Below, in pieces: positions 1 to 9,204 of a stretch of DNA of 64,000 bases. The notes beneath the pieces are model-generated. The model was not told the origin of the DNA. It did no database searches and saw only the letters and a program-made list of their open reading frames with translations. The DNA lies in assembly GCA_965204375.1 (NCBI GenBank), contig OZ241986.1:3072001-3136000 (forward strand), given 5' to 3'. This DNA is from Candidatus Latescibacterota bacterium. Lineage in GTDB: Bacteria > Latescibacterota > UBA2968. The stretch's first letter is position 1, and each line of letters opens with the position of its first letter. The translations under genes and the position numbers were made by a program.

Positions 1-1042
1 ACTCGCCCAAAAACTGACTCATCAGTTGTGAGCGATATGCACCAGACACCTTTCGCAAACCAACCTCGTGCGCTCTGCGAGCCGATTGCGCCGTCGTCAA
101 ATTTGTAAAATTAATACATCCAATCGCAAGCACCAGAACAGCAATAGCACCAAACTGATAAACGCGATCTATATCGCCGTACCAATCCAGATTGTAGTCC
201 TGTCTCGAATAGAGATGAATGCGGTCGATAGGCTGGAGATGATACGCATTTGTACGCGCGATCTCTGCGCCCATATAGCGATCCATAAATTCGGGGAGCT
301 TCGCGGACAGCACCTTTGGGTCAGCCCCTTCTCTCAACAGAAGATACGTATTGACTGGACGCCAACCATCGGTTGGTATCCAATCTTCCCAGAGATATTT
401 CGCGCCTTCGGACGAGAAGCCACCTATTCCGATATAATCGATATAATCGGTTTCACCGTAGCGGCTGAGTGTAGAGTTGCGGGGCACATCTTTTAATACC
501 GCTGTGATGATGCGCACGCCCCCGTGGTGCTTGCTTTCAGAGGTAATGGTCTTGCCAATCGGATCTTCGTCTCCAAATAACCGCTTTGCCCCTGATTCTG
601 TTATAGCAATAGCATCGGGATTGGGAAATGCGGTTTCGAGATTGCCGCGCACAAATGGAAAATCGAAAATTTCAAACAACTCGGGATCGACAATACAGAT
701 ACTCAGTGGAAACTTTTTGTCCCCCAGGCTTACGTCTATAAAATCGACCCATACGCGCACGGCTTTCTCCACATCGGGAAAATCTCGCTCAAGTGCCTCT
801 GCCAGTGCGCCCGACGTATCGGGCAAATAATTCGACTGTCCCCCAGCCTTAGTCTCCCGCATCACGCGATAAATTCGATCTCCTTTTGCGTGCCAACTGT
901 CAAAACTCAACTCGTCCTGAATATAGAGCACGATCAAAATGCATGTACTCAGACCAATGGCAAGCCCCAAAATATTGATCGCACTAAAAGTCTTTTGTCG
1001 CTTGAGATTTCTCAGCGCGATAATCAGGTAATTTCTAAACAC
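1..1042 (-). CDS. ABC transporter permease, MacB/FtsX family (5' part; runs off window start)
   Basis: Not in the ORF track. Manual minus-strand translation from GTG at 1042 gives MFRNYLIIALRNLKRQKTFSAINILGLAIGLSTCILIVLYIQDELSFDSWHAKGDRIYRV, the typical N-terminus of this family. SD-like GGGAGAG lies upstream. Confidence 0.9.
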   Translation of the reverse strand, partial: MFRNYLIIALRNLKRQKTFSAINILGLAIGLSTCILIVLYIQDELSFDSWHAKGDRIYRVMRETKAGGQSNYLPDTSGALAEALERDFPDVEKAVRVWVDFIDVSLGDKKFPLSICIVDPELFEIFDFPFVRGNLETAFPNPDAIAITESGAKRLFGDEDPIGKTITSESKHHGGVRIITAVLKDVPRNSTLSRYGETDYIDYIGIGGFSSEGAKYLWEDWIPTDGWRPVNTYLLLREGADPKVLSAKLPEFMDRYMGAEIARTNAYHLQPIDRIHLYSRQDYNLDWYGDIDRVYQFGAIAVLVLAIGCINFTNLTTAQSARRAHEVGLRKVSGAYRSQLMSQFLGE

Positions 1043-1142
1043 GATAACTCTCTCCCGTTACAAGTAGAACGAACTAAAAACTATTAACCCATTAGACACT
1101 CCTGGTAAATAATGGGATGGAAAGTTTTCCGCCCCAAAAGAC

Positions 1143-1158
1143 AGCAATTTCTGTGCCA
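1143..1158 (-). promoter_or_regulatory. sigma-54 (-24/-12) promoter
   Basis: Minus strand reads TGGCACAGAAATTGCT, an exact TGGCAC-N5-TTGCW consensus ~100 bp upstream of the ABC permease start. Confidence 0.85.
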
Positions 1159-1222
1159 AAATTCTCTTCTCTATGTTTTACAATTACTTATGAAAATTTG
1201 TGTCACAGACGTAGTTTAATAA

Positions 1223-1261
1223 GTGTCCGATTTTGATACAGTGGTGTCCGAAAATGAACAC
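1223..1261. promoter_or_regulatory. Tandem putative enhancer (bEBP) binding sites
   Basis: GTGTCCGATTTTGATAC (1223-1239) and GTGTCCGAAAATGAACAC (1244-1261) are imperfect palindromes 21 bp apart, upstream of the sigma-54 promoter. Confidence 0.6.
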
Positions 1262-1264
1262 CTA

Positions 1265-1304
1265 AAATAAAAACAGGCACATTGTTTTGATTTCAATGTG
1301 CCTG
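1265..1304 (-). terminator. Intrinsic terminator
   Basis: Perfect 11-bp stem CAGGCACATTG/CAATGTGCCTG with an adjacent A-tract (U-tract on the minus transcript), downstream of the 1335-3119 gene. Confidence 0.8.
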
Positions 1305-1334
1305 CTGTATTATCCGTTTCAAACTACACAATAT

Positions 1335-3119
1335 TCAAATAACCAACCGCTTCATCTCGTGCTTCTTGGCGAAATACACATTATTTCCCATCACAGGACC
1401 GGGGATTTGGAAAGCGTCTTCTTCCTCGTACAGAGGCGTAATAGCGCGACGGGATGGATCGAACGCATAAAAAGACGCCGTAGTAAAACCGTATAGCTTC
1501 CCATCTGGACCATTCTGAAGCCCCAGATCCAGAGGGCGACCATCTAAAGGAATCGCATAGAGAAAAGCCCGCGAAACCGGATCAAACGCAAACAGAACAG
1601 AACCCCCATCACCCAGAGCCGTACCGTACAGCACACCATCCTCACCGACAACAAGCGCATTAATCGCCGAAATCCGCCTATCCAGCGTACCCTCCCACAC
1701 CTTCTCCTCCTGCTCATAATCCCACAAAAACAACACCGCCTGTGGAACCCGCGGACGGGTACCGGACCCCCCGTTAATCGTCGTCCCCACAGCGAGCAAA
1801 TCCTGGCGAGACAGCCATGCCAGCGACCAGCAACTCGCCTCACCGGCAATATCCCGGTAAGACCCAAACTGCTCCGTACCCGGATCGAACCACGACAACG
1901 GACCACCCCACAAGCCGTAATCTGGAACAGACGCAATCCACACCCGCCCCATCGGACCCGTCACCATTGCACGAGGACGATAAGACACCTCATCTACACG
2001 CCCCAAATCACGCGGATTGCTATCAGCCGCCACCCCAAACTGATATGGACGCGAAGGATCATACACCGACAGCCTGGCACCGGGATAAGAACAAATATAG
2101 AGCTTTCCATCCAAATTCCCCATCGAATACGCCTCCCCAGTCGCCGTAGAACAAACGCCCAGATCCGTCATCTCGCCCGAAGAAGGTACATACCGGAACA
2201 AATGCAACGGCAGAATACTCGACCCGTAAATATTGTCATCCGGACCGCGATGCACCAAAAACAACTCACTCCCCGCCGACTTGTATGCAATAGGCAATTG
2301 CCTCGTCACACCCGTATCAGGCTGTGTAATGCCAACCACGCGGTACATCTGCGTATCCCGATCGGCAAAATCAACAAACGCCCCATCGGACATCGTCGGC
2401 AGCGGTTCCGGCTCGGGAAGCGTATCCACCCGAACCGCCTCAAAATCCGCCAGACGAAAATTGCCCTCAGACGACGCAATATAAAGCGACCCATCGGACG
2501 CCCGCATCAACGCCGACGCCCCACCATCCTCCTTTGACACAACCGGACCCACCGGCTTATGAACACCCGTCCTCGGATCGAGCACCACCACATGGGGCCG
2601 CGTCATCTTAATATCGCACGCAATCGTCCCATCCGGCGCACACATCGGATAACAATACATATCCGTCTCATCCATCCGCCCGTACCGCACAAACACACCC
2701 GTCCTCGGATCGTAACTCGTCAACCCTGCCGAACCATAACACCCGATCCACAGCACCCCCTGGGCATCCTCATCAATACGGCAGGGAAACGTATCGTCCG
2801 GCAAATTAATCGCCCCCAAATGATCCAAACGCCCCGCCTTTGGATCATAGCAAAACAAACACCCCGCGTACGCCGCCCCAATATAAATCACACCACTCCG
2901 ACTCAGCAGCGTCGCCGTCGGATAATGCGCCGAAGGCAGCGTCGCCGTCACCTGATCCGTCTCACCCGTAACCGGATCGATCTTCACAACCATAAAACCA
3001 TCTGCCTGCTGACCCATCACAGCCACCAGACAATCGCGACCCTCTGCGTCCAGTGCCGGAAAAATACGCACCCAATTCACACTGCGGACCGGCACGCCAA
3101 GAGTATGAACAGAAGACAT
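1335..3119 (-). CDS. Uncharacterised beta-propeller repeat protein
   Basis: Repeated blade-like motifs (GVIYIG..LFCYDP, GVLWIG..LTSYDP, NIYGS..LFRYVP, KLYI..LSVYDP, VLYG..LFAFDP). Likely start is ATG 3119 (MSSVHTL) after GGGGTG; the ORF-track extension overlaps PBP1A. Confidence 0.75.
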   Translation of the reverse strand: MSSVHTLGVPVRSVNWVRIFPALDAEGRDCLVAVMGQQADGFMVVKIDPVTGETDQVTATLPSAHYPTATLLSRSGVIYIGAAYAGCLFCYDPKAGRLDHLGAINLPDDTFPCRIDEDAQGVLWIGCYGSAGLTSYDPRTGVFVRYGRMDETDMYCYPMCAPDGTIACDIKMTRPHVVVLDPRTGVHKPVGPVVSKEDGGASALMRASDGSLYIASSEGNFRLADFEAVRVDTLPEPEPLPTMSDGAFVDFADRDTQMYRVVGITQPDTGVTRQLPIAYKSAGSELFLVHRGPDDNIYGSSILPLHLFRYVPSSGEMTDLGVCSTATGEAYSMGNLDGKLYICSYPGARLSVYDPSRPYQFGVAADSNPRDLGRVDEVSYRPRAMVTGPMGRVWIASVPDYGLWGGPLSWFDPGTEQFGSYRDIAGEASCWSLAWLSRQDLLAVGTTINGGSGTRPRVPQAVLFLWDYEQEEKVWEGTLDRRISAINALVVGEDGVLYGTALGDGGSVLFAFDPVSRAFLYAIPLDGRPLDLGLQNGPDGKLYGFTTASFYAFDPSRRAITPLYEEEDAFQIPGPVMGNNVYFAKKHEMKRLVI

Positions 3120-3171
3120 ATCTACACCCCAAAAAAATGGGATGACCCGTTCCTGGATCATCCCACAACAA

Positions 3172-5370
3172 TCAAAACTGATATTCCCGCTTAGTCCTCG
3201 GCTTTTTCGGTTGACTGGGCGAGGGCAAAGACTGCGGACTCGAAGTATGTACAGGACAAGGGCGTTTAGGCTCTGTCCCCGGCTTAAACACCTCCGTATA
3301 GCGCTTAGAACAATAAATAGACGCCACCTGGTATGTCTCCCCACAAACCTCCACCTGTGGAATATCCTCGGGCAACACAAAATCTTCAACCGGCAGCCCA
3401 AGAACAGTATGCGCGCGCCTCATAAACTCCGCCCAAATCGGCAACGCCACAGCCGCGCCCGACATACGGCTCCCCATCGACACCTTGGAATCAAACCCCA
3501 CCCAAACCCCACACACAATCTGCGGCGTAAACCCGATAAACCACGCATCGGCATACTCCTGCGTCGTACCCGTCTTCCCGGCTGCTGGACGGCGAAAACC
3601 AAAAGCCGTGCGCGCAATCCGCCCTGTCCCGGTCAAAACCGCGTAATTTTCACCCGCCCGCATATCCAGAATCGACTGCATAAGATTCACCGTCACAGCC
3701 GCAGACTCTTCGCTCAACACAACTTCTTCGCGCCCCTGCACATTTTCCTCGAGTACATTCCCATTCTTATCCTCAATCTTCAAAATCGACATCGGCGTCA
3801 CCCGAATACCCTTATTCGCCAGCGTCCCATAAGCCGACACCAACTCCAGCAACTTGACCTCACTCGTCCCCATCCCCAAAGACAAAACCGGTTGAACCTG
3901 CGAATCGATCCCCATCCTCATAGCGTAATCCACCACCGTCTGCGGACCCACCTTCTCCAACACCTGAGTCGTCACCACATTGCGAGAACCGGCAAGCCCC
4001 TCGCGCATCGTCATCCACCCCAAAAATTTTCGGTCGTAATTCTCCGGTTGCCAATACGTCCCGTCGTACATCTTAATCGACACAGCCGTATCGGGCAACC
4101 GCCAGGTGGCCGTATAGCCCTTATCAACCGCAGCCGTATAAATAAAAGGCTTAAAAGCAGACCCCGGCTGCCTCAAAGCCTGCGTTGCACGGTTAAACTT
4201 ACTCTCCTCAAAATTGCGCCCGCCCACCATCGCCAGAACATGTCCCGTATGCGGATCCAGCGCCACCAGCGCCCCCTGCAACACCAGATTTTCCAGCGTA
4301 TCCTGATGCGTCTTAATCTTCGCAAAAAATGCCGCACCCGGGGGATTGCGCTTCCAATTGGCAGCCACGCGATCTTTTATCCGCTCCATCAAATTTTGCG
4401 ACACCACATCCTCTGCAATCTCCTGTAACCGACTATCCAGCGTCGTCGTAACAGTCGCGCCATCGTAAAGCACACTCAGCCCATAGGTATATTCCAAATA
4501 CTTGCGAATATCCTCTGTAAAATAGGGCGCCTCTCCCGTCTCTTCTCGGACCTCCTTCAAAACAATCGGACGCTGAGCAACCGAATCGTATTCTGCCGCC
4601 GTAATCTTGCCCAACCCCCGCATATTGTACAGCACCACATTATTGCGCCTATCCAGCGCGCGCGCGGGGTGGTAAATCGGCGAATAGGGCGTCGGCCCCT
4701 TCAAAAGCCCGACCAACAACGCCCCCTCATCCAGCGTCAATCTTTCCACATCCTTCCCAAAAAAACGACGCGCAGCAGTTTGAATACCGTAAGCACTATT
4801 GCCGAAATACATCTGATTAAAATACATCGTAATAATCTCGCGCTTGGTATAAGTGCGCTCCAAAAGCACGGCAGTCATCTGCTCCTGAATTTTACGTGTC
4901 CACGTAGGATCCAGCGTCAAAAAAATATTCCGCGCCAATTGTTGCGTCAGCGTACTCGCACCGTGCCCCTTCAAAGTACCCGACGTATAAACATTGCGGA
5001 ACACCACGCGGATAATATCGGGAACACTCACACCCCAGTGCCTCCAAAAACGCTGATCCTCCGTAACAATCAAAGCGTCAATCACAGCACTCGGCAACTG
5101 CTCAAACGCAATGGGATCGCGCCTCTGCACCCAGAACTTCTTCAACTCCACCCCATCTCGAGAAAAAATATTAGTCGTCTGCGCAGGATCCACATCCTCT
5201 AACTTATCAAAAGACGGCAAACCATCCTTGTACGCGTAAATCGCTGCAAAAGCAATGCCCAAATACCCCACCGCACAAATCACACAATAAATCGCCATAC
5301 GGGAAAGATGGGGACTTATCCAATAGATTATCCGATCGATATAGGGTCTTATCTTATCTATCTTGATCAT
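3172..5370 (-). CDS. mrcA: Penicillin-binding protein 1A family (bifunctional transglycosylase/transpeptidase)
   Basis: N-terminal TM helix; GT51 motifs EDQRF and HGASTLTQQL; transpeptidase motifs SAFK, SRN and KTG. Confidence 0.92.
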   Translation of the reverse strand: MIKIDKIRPYIDRIIYWISPHLSRMAIYCVICAVGYLGIAFAAIYAYKDGLPSFDKLEDVDPAQTTNIFSRDGVELKKFWVQRRDPIAFEQLPSAVIDALIVTEDQRFWRHWGVSVPDIIRVVFRNVYTSGTLKGHGASTLTQQLARNIFLTLDPTWTRKIQEQMTAVLLERTYTKREIITMYFNQMYFGNSAYGIQTAARRFFGKDVERLTLDEGALLVGLLKGPTPYSPIYHPARALDRRNNVVLYNMRGLGKITAAEYDSVAQRPIVLKEVREETGEAPYFTEDIRKYLEYTYGLSVLYDGATVTTTLDSRLQEIAEDVVSQNLMERIKDRVAANWKRNPPGAAFFAKIKTHQDTLENLVLQGALVALDPHTGHVLAMVGGRNFEESKFNRATQALRQPGSAFKPFIYTAAVDKGYTATWRLPDTAVSIKMYDGTYWQPENYDRKFLGWMTMREGLAGSRNVVTTQVLEKVGPQTVVDYAMRMGIDSQVQPVLSLGMGTSEVKLLELVSAYGTLANKGIRVTPMSILKIEDKNGNVLEENVQGREEVVLSEESAAVTVNLMQSILDMRAGENYAVLTGTGRIARTAFGFRRPAAGKTGTTQEYADAWFIGFTPQIVCGVWVGFDSKVSMGSRMSGAAVALPIWAEFMRRAHTVLGLPVEDFVLPEDIPQVEVCGETYQVASIYCSKRYTEVFKPGTEPKRPCPVHTSSPQSLPSPSQPKKPRTKREYQF

Positions 5371-5440
5371 CCTATTATTCTGCTCCTGTGGGTAGAAGGG
5401 CGGGGCATCCTGATCATCCTTGCATCCTGTTAATCCTGAT
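5347..5440. repeat. Degenerate ~9-nt periodic (N)ATCCTG repeat
   Basis: CATCCTGAT-CATCCTTG-CATCCTGTT-AATCCTGA at ~5406-5440, with a more degenerate run (ATCTTATCT-ATCTTGATC-ATCCTATT-ATTCTG) across the PBP1A start. Confidence 0.5.
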
Positions 5441-7048
5441 CTATTCCGGGTAAAGCCACGGCACGCGGCTGATGAGATAATCGCGTTGTTCCTCCATCAT
5501 CACCTCAATCACAGTAGGACCTTCCAGCCCCAGGGTATCGGCAAAAACCGCTTCAAAACGGTCGGGATCATCCACGCGGACACCCCGCGCACCCAGAGAC
5601 CGCGCCAAATCTGCAAGACGAGGCGTCTTCATATCCGTATCGATCACCCGACCATTAAAAGCCTTTGCCTGAGCGCCGCGAATCGCCGAAAGACTGCCAT
5701 CATTAGAAACAACCGAAACCGTCTCAACACCGTGTTCGGCCGCAGTAGCGAGTTCGCTCGCCGTCATCTGAAACCCACCATCGCCACAAAACGCGACAAC
5801 CTGCTGGTCTGGACACGCGAGCTTCGCGCCAATAGCAGCGGGAACCGCAAACCCCAGCGTAACCGAATGACTGGGATAGAGAAACGTGCGCGGCAGAGTA
5901 ATCGGATACTCGTCAAATGCGCGATACCCAATAGACGTAACATCCACCACAATAATCGCATCATCGGGAAGCGACTTGCGCGTAACCCCCATAATGGGCA
6001 CTGGCGCGCGGTTAGCCCCGGCCTCGATCCGCGTGCGATCGACAAAATCACCCCAATCCGCTGTATAATCACCCGCCACCTCGGCAAGCTGGGGAATCGC
6101 CAGCGCCAGATCACCCGCAACACCCGCCTCAATCGGATACTCGCGTCCAAGCTCTCGCGAATCGGGATCGAGTTGAACCTTGCGATCCGGCAAAGGCAGC
6201 GACCAACTCCGCGTATCGATCTGCGTAAAGCGACAACCAATCGCGAGAAGCAAATCCGCGCGACCGAGAACAGTCTTACCCGCCTGTGCCGAACAATGCC
6301 CCACAGTCAGAGAATGTCCATCTGGCATAACCCCCTTCCCCAAACGGGTATAAACAACGGGAATATCGAGACCCTCTGCAAGAGAACGGAGCGCATCGGT
6401 GGCATCGGCGTGAATAACCGCGCTACCCGCGAGAATAGCCGGGCATTTGGCTGTACGAAGCACCTCAGCCACACGATCAATATCCGCGCTATTGGGACAC
6501 AGGCAATCCCCCTCAACCAGCGGTGGAATATCCGCCATACCTTCCTCTGCGGCAACATCCGTCGGCAATTCAATAACCGCAGGCCCGGGACGCGGAGCGC
6601 GCAGTGCCTTGAACGCACCAACAACCGCATCGGGAATTTCAGCAACAGACCTGGGCCGCGCAAAAAAGTGCGTAATCGACTTAAAAAAAGACGCTTGATC
6701 CAGACCGTGAAAGCACTTGGCGCGATCCCGCCCATCAAAAGCCACCTCTGTCCCCCCGGTAATCAACAGCACGGGAACGCAATCCGTATGGGCATCCACC
6801 AGACCCGTAGAAGCATTTGTCGAGCCTGGACCCGGAACAGTAAGCGCGACACCAACGCGCCCAGACGCGCGCGCATACCCATTCGCAATCAAAGTCGCGC
6901 CCTGTTCGTGACGGATAAGCAAATGGCGAATACCACCAGCGCGTAGCACCGCATCGTAAAGATGAATATTCTGATTGCCTGGCATACCCGTAAGCGTATC
7001 AACACCCTGCGCTTTCAGACTCTGGATAAGTACATCAGCACCAGTCAT
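5441..7048 (-). CDS. Thiamine pyrophosphate-dependent enzyme (acetolactate synthase-like superfamily)
   Basis: RHEQGA, GPGSTN and GDGGFQM...NDG TPP-binding motifs. Confidence 0.9.
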   Translation of the reverse strand: MTGADVLIQSLKAQGVDTLTGMPGNQNIHLYDAVLRAGGIRHLLIRHEQGATLIANGYARASGRVGVALTVPGPGSTNASTGLVDAHTDCVPVLLITGGTEVAFDGRDRAKCFHGLDQASFFKSITHFFARPRSVAEIPDAVVGAFKALRAPRPGPAVIELPTDVAAEEGMADIPPLVEGDCLCPNSADIDRVAEVLRTAKCPAILAGSAVIHADATDALRSLAEGLDIPVVYTRLGKGVMPDGHSLTVGHCSAQAGKTVLGRADLLLAIGCRFTQIDTRSWSLPLPDRKVQLDPDSRELGREYPIEAGVAGDLALAIPQLAEVAGDYTADWGDFVDRTRIEAGANRAPVPIMGVTRKSLPDDAIIVVDVTSIGYRAFDEYPITLPRTFLYPSHSVTLGFAVPAAIGAKLACPDQQVVAFCGDGGFQMTASELATAAEHGVETVSVVSNDGSLSAIRGAQAKAFNGRVIDTDMKTPRLADLARSLGARGVRVDDPDRFEAVFADTLGLEGPTVIEVMMEEQRDYLISRVPWLYPE

Positions 7049-7060
7049 AAAAAATTCCTT

Positions 7061-8146
7061 TCACCTCACAAAAAGATCGAAATATTCTACAGCAGTCTTA
7101 TCCCATGTAAACCCAGAACGCACATAATCGCGGGCTTCGCGTTCTATTTCTTCGCGCTCTGTTGCGGGCAATTGAAAAAAAGCGTGAATCTGATCGACAA
7201 ACGCCTGATAATCATTCGGCGGAATCAGATACCCCCCCCGGCTAACACTCTCCGTAAGTGCATCCACAGCAAAAGCAACCACAGGCGTGCCATCGTGCAT
7301 ACATTCGAGATGGGTAATGCCAAACCCTTCCACATCGTTGGGATAGGGCACATTGGGCATAAGAAAAAGATCTGCTTCACCTCTAATAAACCCCAATTCT
7401 TCATCGCTCAGATAAAGCAACAACACCCGATCTCGAAGACCATTCTCTTCCCAAATCTCGCGAATGCGCTCGGCATCTGGACCCGAACCGCTAATAATCA
7501 GCACGATATCTCGATCGAGCAAAGGCACGCCGTATTCCAAAAATTTGGCCACGCCTTTTCGGGGCACCTGCCTGCCGAAATTCAGAACAATTTTGTCCCG
7601 TCCAAATTGAACACCGTGTTCAGCCTCAAATCGCGCTTTGAGAGCCTCGCGTTGCGCCCTATGAATACTGGGCGGATCGATACCGAGATAAATAATATCA
7701 ATTTTTTCAGCGGGCACACCAGCCTGAATGGTAAGATCCCTGGTAATTTGGCTGATAACAGCTACCCTGTCACAAAACGAAACACCAAAGCGCATCATGC
7801 GGCTAAATATCGGATTGGAAAACGTCATCTCCAAACCGTAAATCGTCACCACAAAACGCATGCGCGTAAACAACCTCAGAAACGGCGCAATAGAACAAAT
7901 CACGCCATCGCTAAAATAAATCGCATCAACCCGCCTGAAAAGAACACAAAAAAAAGAAACAAACAACGCATAAGGCACGAACCAGACCAAATGCAAAAGC
8001 GAATCTCTACCCAGTGCGACCAATTTAACCGAACACATCTCAATCAAACGATGATAGAGATTATAACAATGCGTCTGAATACCCCCCACACTGGGCGGAT
8101 AGCGACGCGCGAGAAAAAGGATGCGAAAGTTGTTTTTAGAAGACAT
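7061..8146 (-). CDS. Glycosyltransferase family 4
   Basis: YPPSVGGIQ at the N-terminus; GRQVPRKG; EGFGITHLE (EX7E) motif. Confidence 0.9.
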   Translation of the reverse strand: MSSKNNFRILFLARRYPPSVGGIQTHCYNLYHRLIEMCSVKLVALGRDSLLHLVWFVPYALFVSFFCVLFRRVDAIYFSDGVICSIAPFLRLFTRMRFVVTIYGLEMTFSNPIFSRMMRFGVSFCDRVAVISQITRDLTIQAGVPAEKIDIIYLGIDPPSIHRAQREALKARFEAEHGVQFGRDKIVLNFGRQVPRKGVAKFLEYGVPLLDRDIVLIISGSGPDAERIREIWEENGLRDRVLLLYLSDEELGFIRGEADLFLMPNVPYPNDVEGFGITHLECMHDGTPVVAFAVDALTESVSRGGYLIPPNDYQAFVDQIHAFFQLPATEREEIEREARDYVRSGFTWDKTAVEYFDLFVR

Positions 8147-8148
8147 AA

Positions 8149-9204
8149 CTATGCAATATCCGCCTGCTCACTACGCTGAATCAATTCTCTTTCCGCCTGT
8201 TCGCGGTCCGCTGCGTTTTCAAGCGGAATAACAGTCGCGCCAGGACGGGGTTTGGGATACAAAATGCGACTGGCACCGGCCTGTTTCATCGCCTCGACAA
8301 CCGGTTTTATGTCGCACGCAAGCGCGATAATAGTTCCGCCACCCCCTGCGCCAGCGAGCTTCGCGCCCAGTGCGCCACCATCCAACGCAGCCTGAATCAG
8401 CCGCTCATTTTCCGGACCCGATCCTCCCAAATCGCGCTGAATCTCGTGGTTCTCAATCATCAGCGCGCCCAGATGCCCCCAATCTTTGGCGAGAATCGCG
8501 CGTTTGCCCATACGCGCCAGATGGGCAATCCGCAAATAACAACGCCTAACCTCTCGGTCGCCCTCCAACCAGCGCTCTCGAATCGGCAGATGAACAGTAC
8601 CCGACGAGCGCTGGACACCCGTATGCCCCAACACAAAGGGATAATCCCCAACGTATTCGTGGAGCGGCTCAATCGTAGCATAAGGTTCATCGCCAAACGC
8701 GCGGTAAAACTGCTTACCATTGAAATCCATATAATTCAAACCGCCAAACATGCACATATACGCATCTTGATACCCGCATAAAGCCATATAGTTCAACTCG
8801 ATATGCCGCGCCATCTCAGCACAAAAAAAAGGATGCTCGTCGCGTCCCAGAAATGCAAAAATCGCATTGAGAATAGACACACTCATAGCCGACGAACTGG
8901 AAAGCCCGGCGGCAAAGGGCACATTGCACGCCCAGCGCAGAGAAAATTTCGCACTACCGAGATCCAGAAAATGGACGATAGCCTTCGCCACATCGAAATA
9001 ACCGCCATCCGGATACAGATCCTCCGGGCGATGCACTTCAAAGCGCTGCCCGGCAACTTCAAAACTGAGCACATCAGACGGCTCAATCAGAACCGCGGCG
9101 CGTTCCTGCGTTGAACACGAAATAACGCTACCGCCGTACATATCGGTGGGATTCCCAATAATGCCACAGCGCCCTGGGGCAGTGGAAAAAAACGCAGAGG
9201 TCAT
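8149..9204 (-). CDS. GHMP-family sugar kinase (glucuronokinase-like)
   Basis: PFAAGLSSSSA ATP motif, CGYQD, GAKLAGAGGGG; N-terminal GNPTDMYGG. Confidence 0.85.
   Translation of the reverse strand: MTSAFFSTAPGRCGIIGNPTDMYGGSVISCSTQERAAVLIEPSDVLSFEVAGQRFEVHRPEDLYPDGGYFDVAKAIVHFLDLGSAKFSLRWACNVPFAAGLSSSSAMSVSILNAIFAFLGRDEHPFFCAEMARHIELNYMALCGYQDAYMCMFGGLNYMDFNGKQFYRAFGDEPYATIEPLHEYVGDYPFVLGHTGVQRSSGTVHLPIRERWLEGDREVRRCYLRIAHLARMGKRAILAKDWGHLGALMIENHEIQRDLGGSGPENERLIQAALDGGALGAKLAGAGGGGTIIALACDIKPVVEAMKQAGASRILYPKPRPGATVIPLENAADREQAERELIQRSEQADIA

Noticed and set aside
68-1087. Plus-strand ORFs 68-496, 477-830 and 890-1087
   Set aside because: They lie antisense to the partial ABC permease that the ORF track missed because it runs off the window.
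3142-8179. Long plus-strand ORFs (3142-4428, 5420-6946, 6962-8179; likewise 44252-45418 and 47128-48246)
   Set aside because: They are antisense shadows of well-supported minus-strand genes, with Arg/His/Pro-rich composition and no family motifs.
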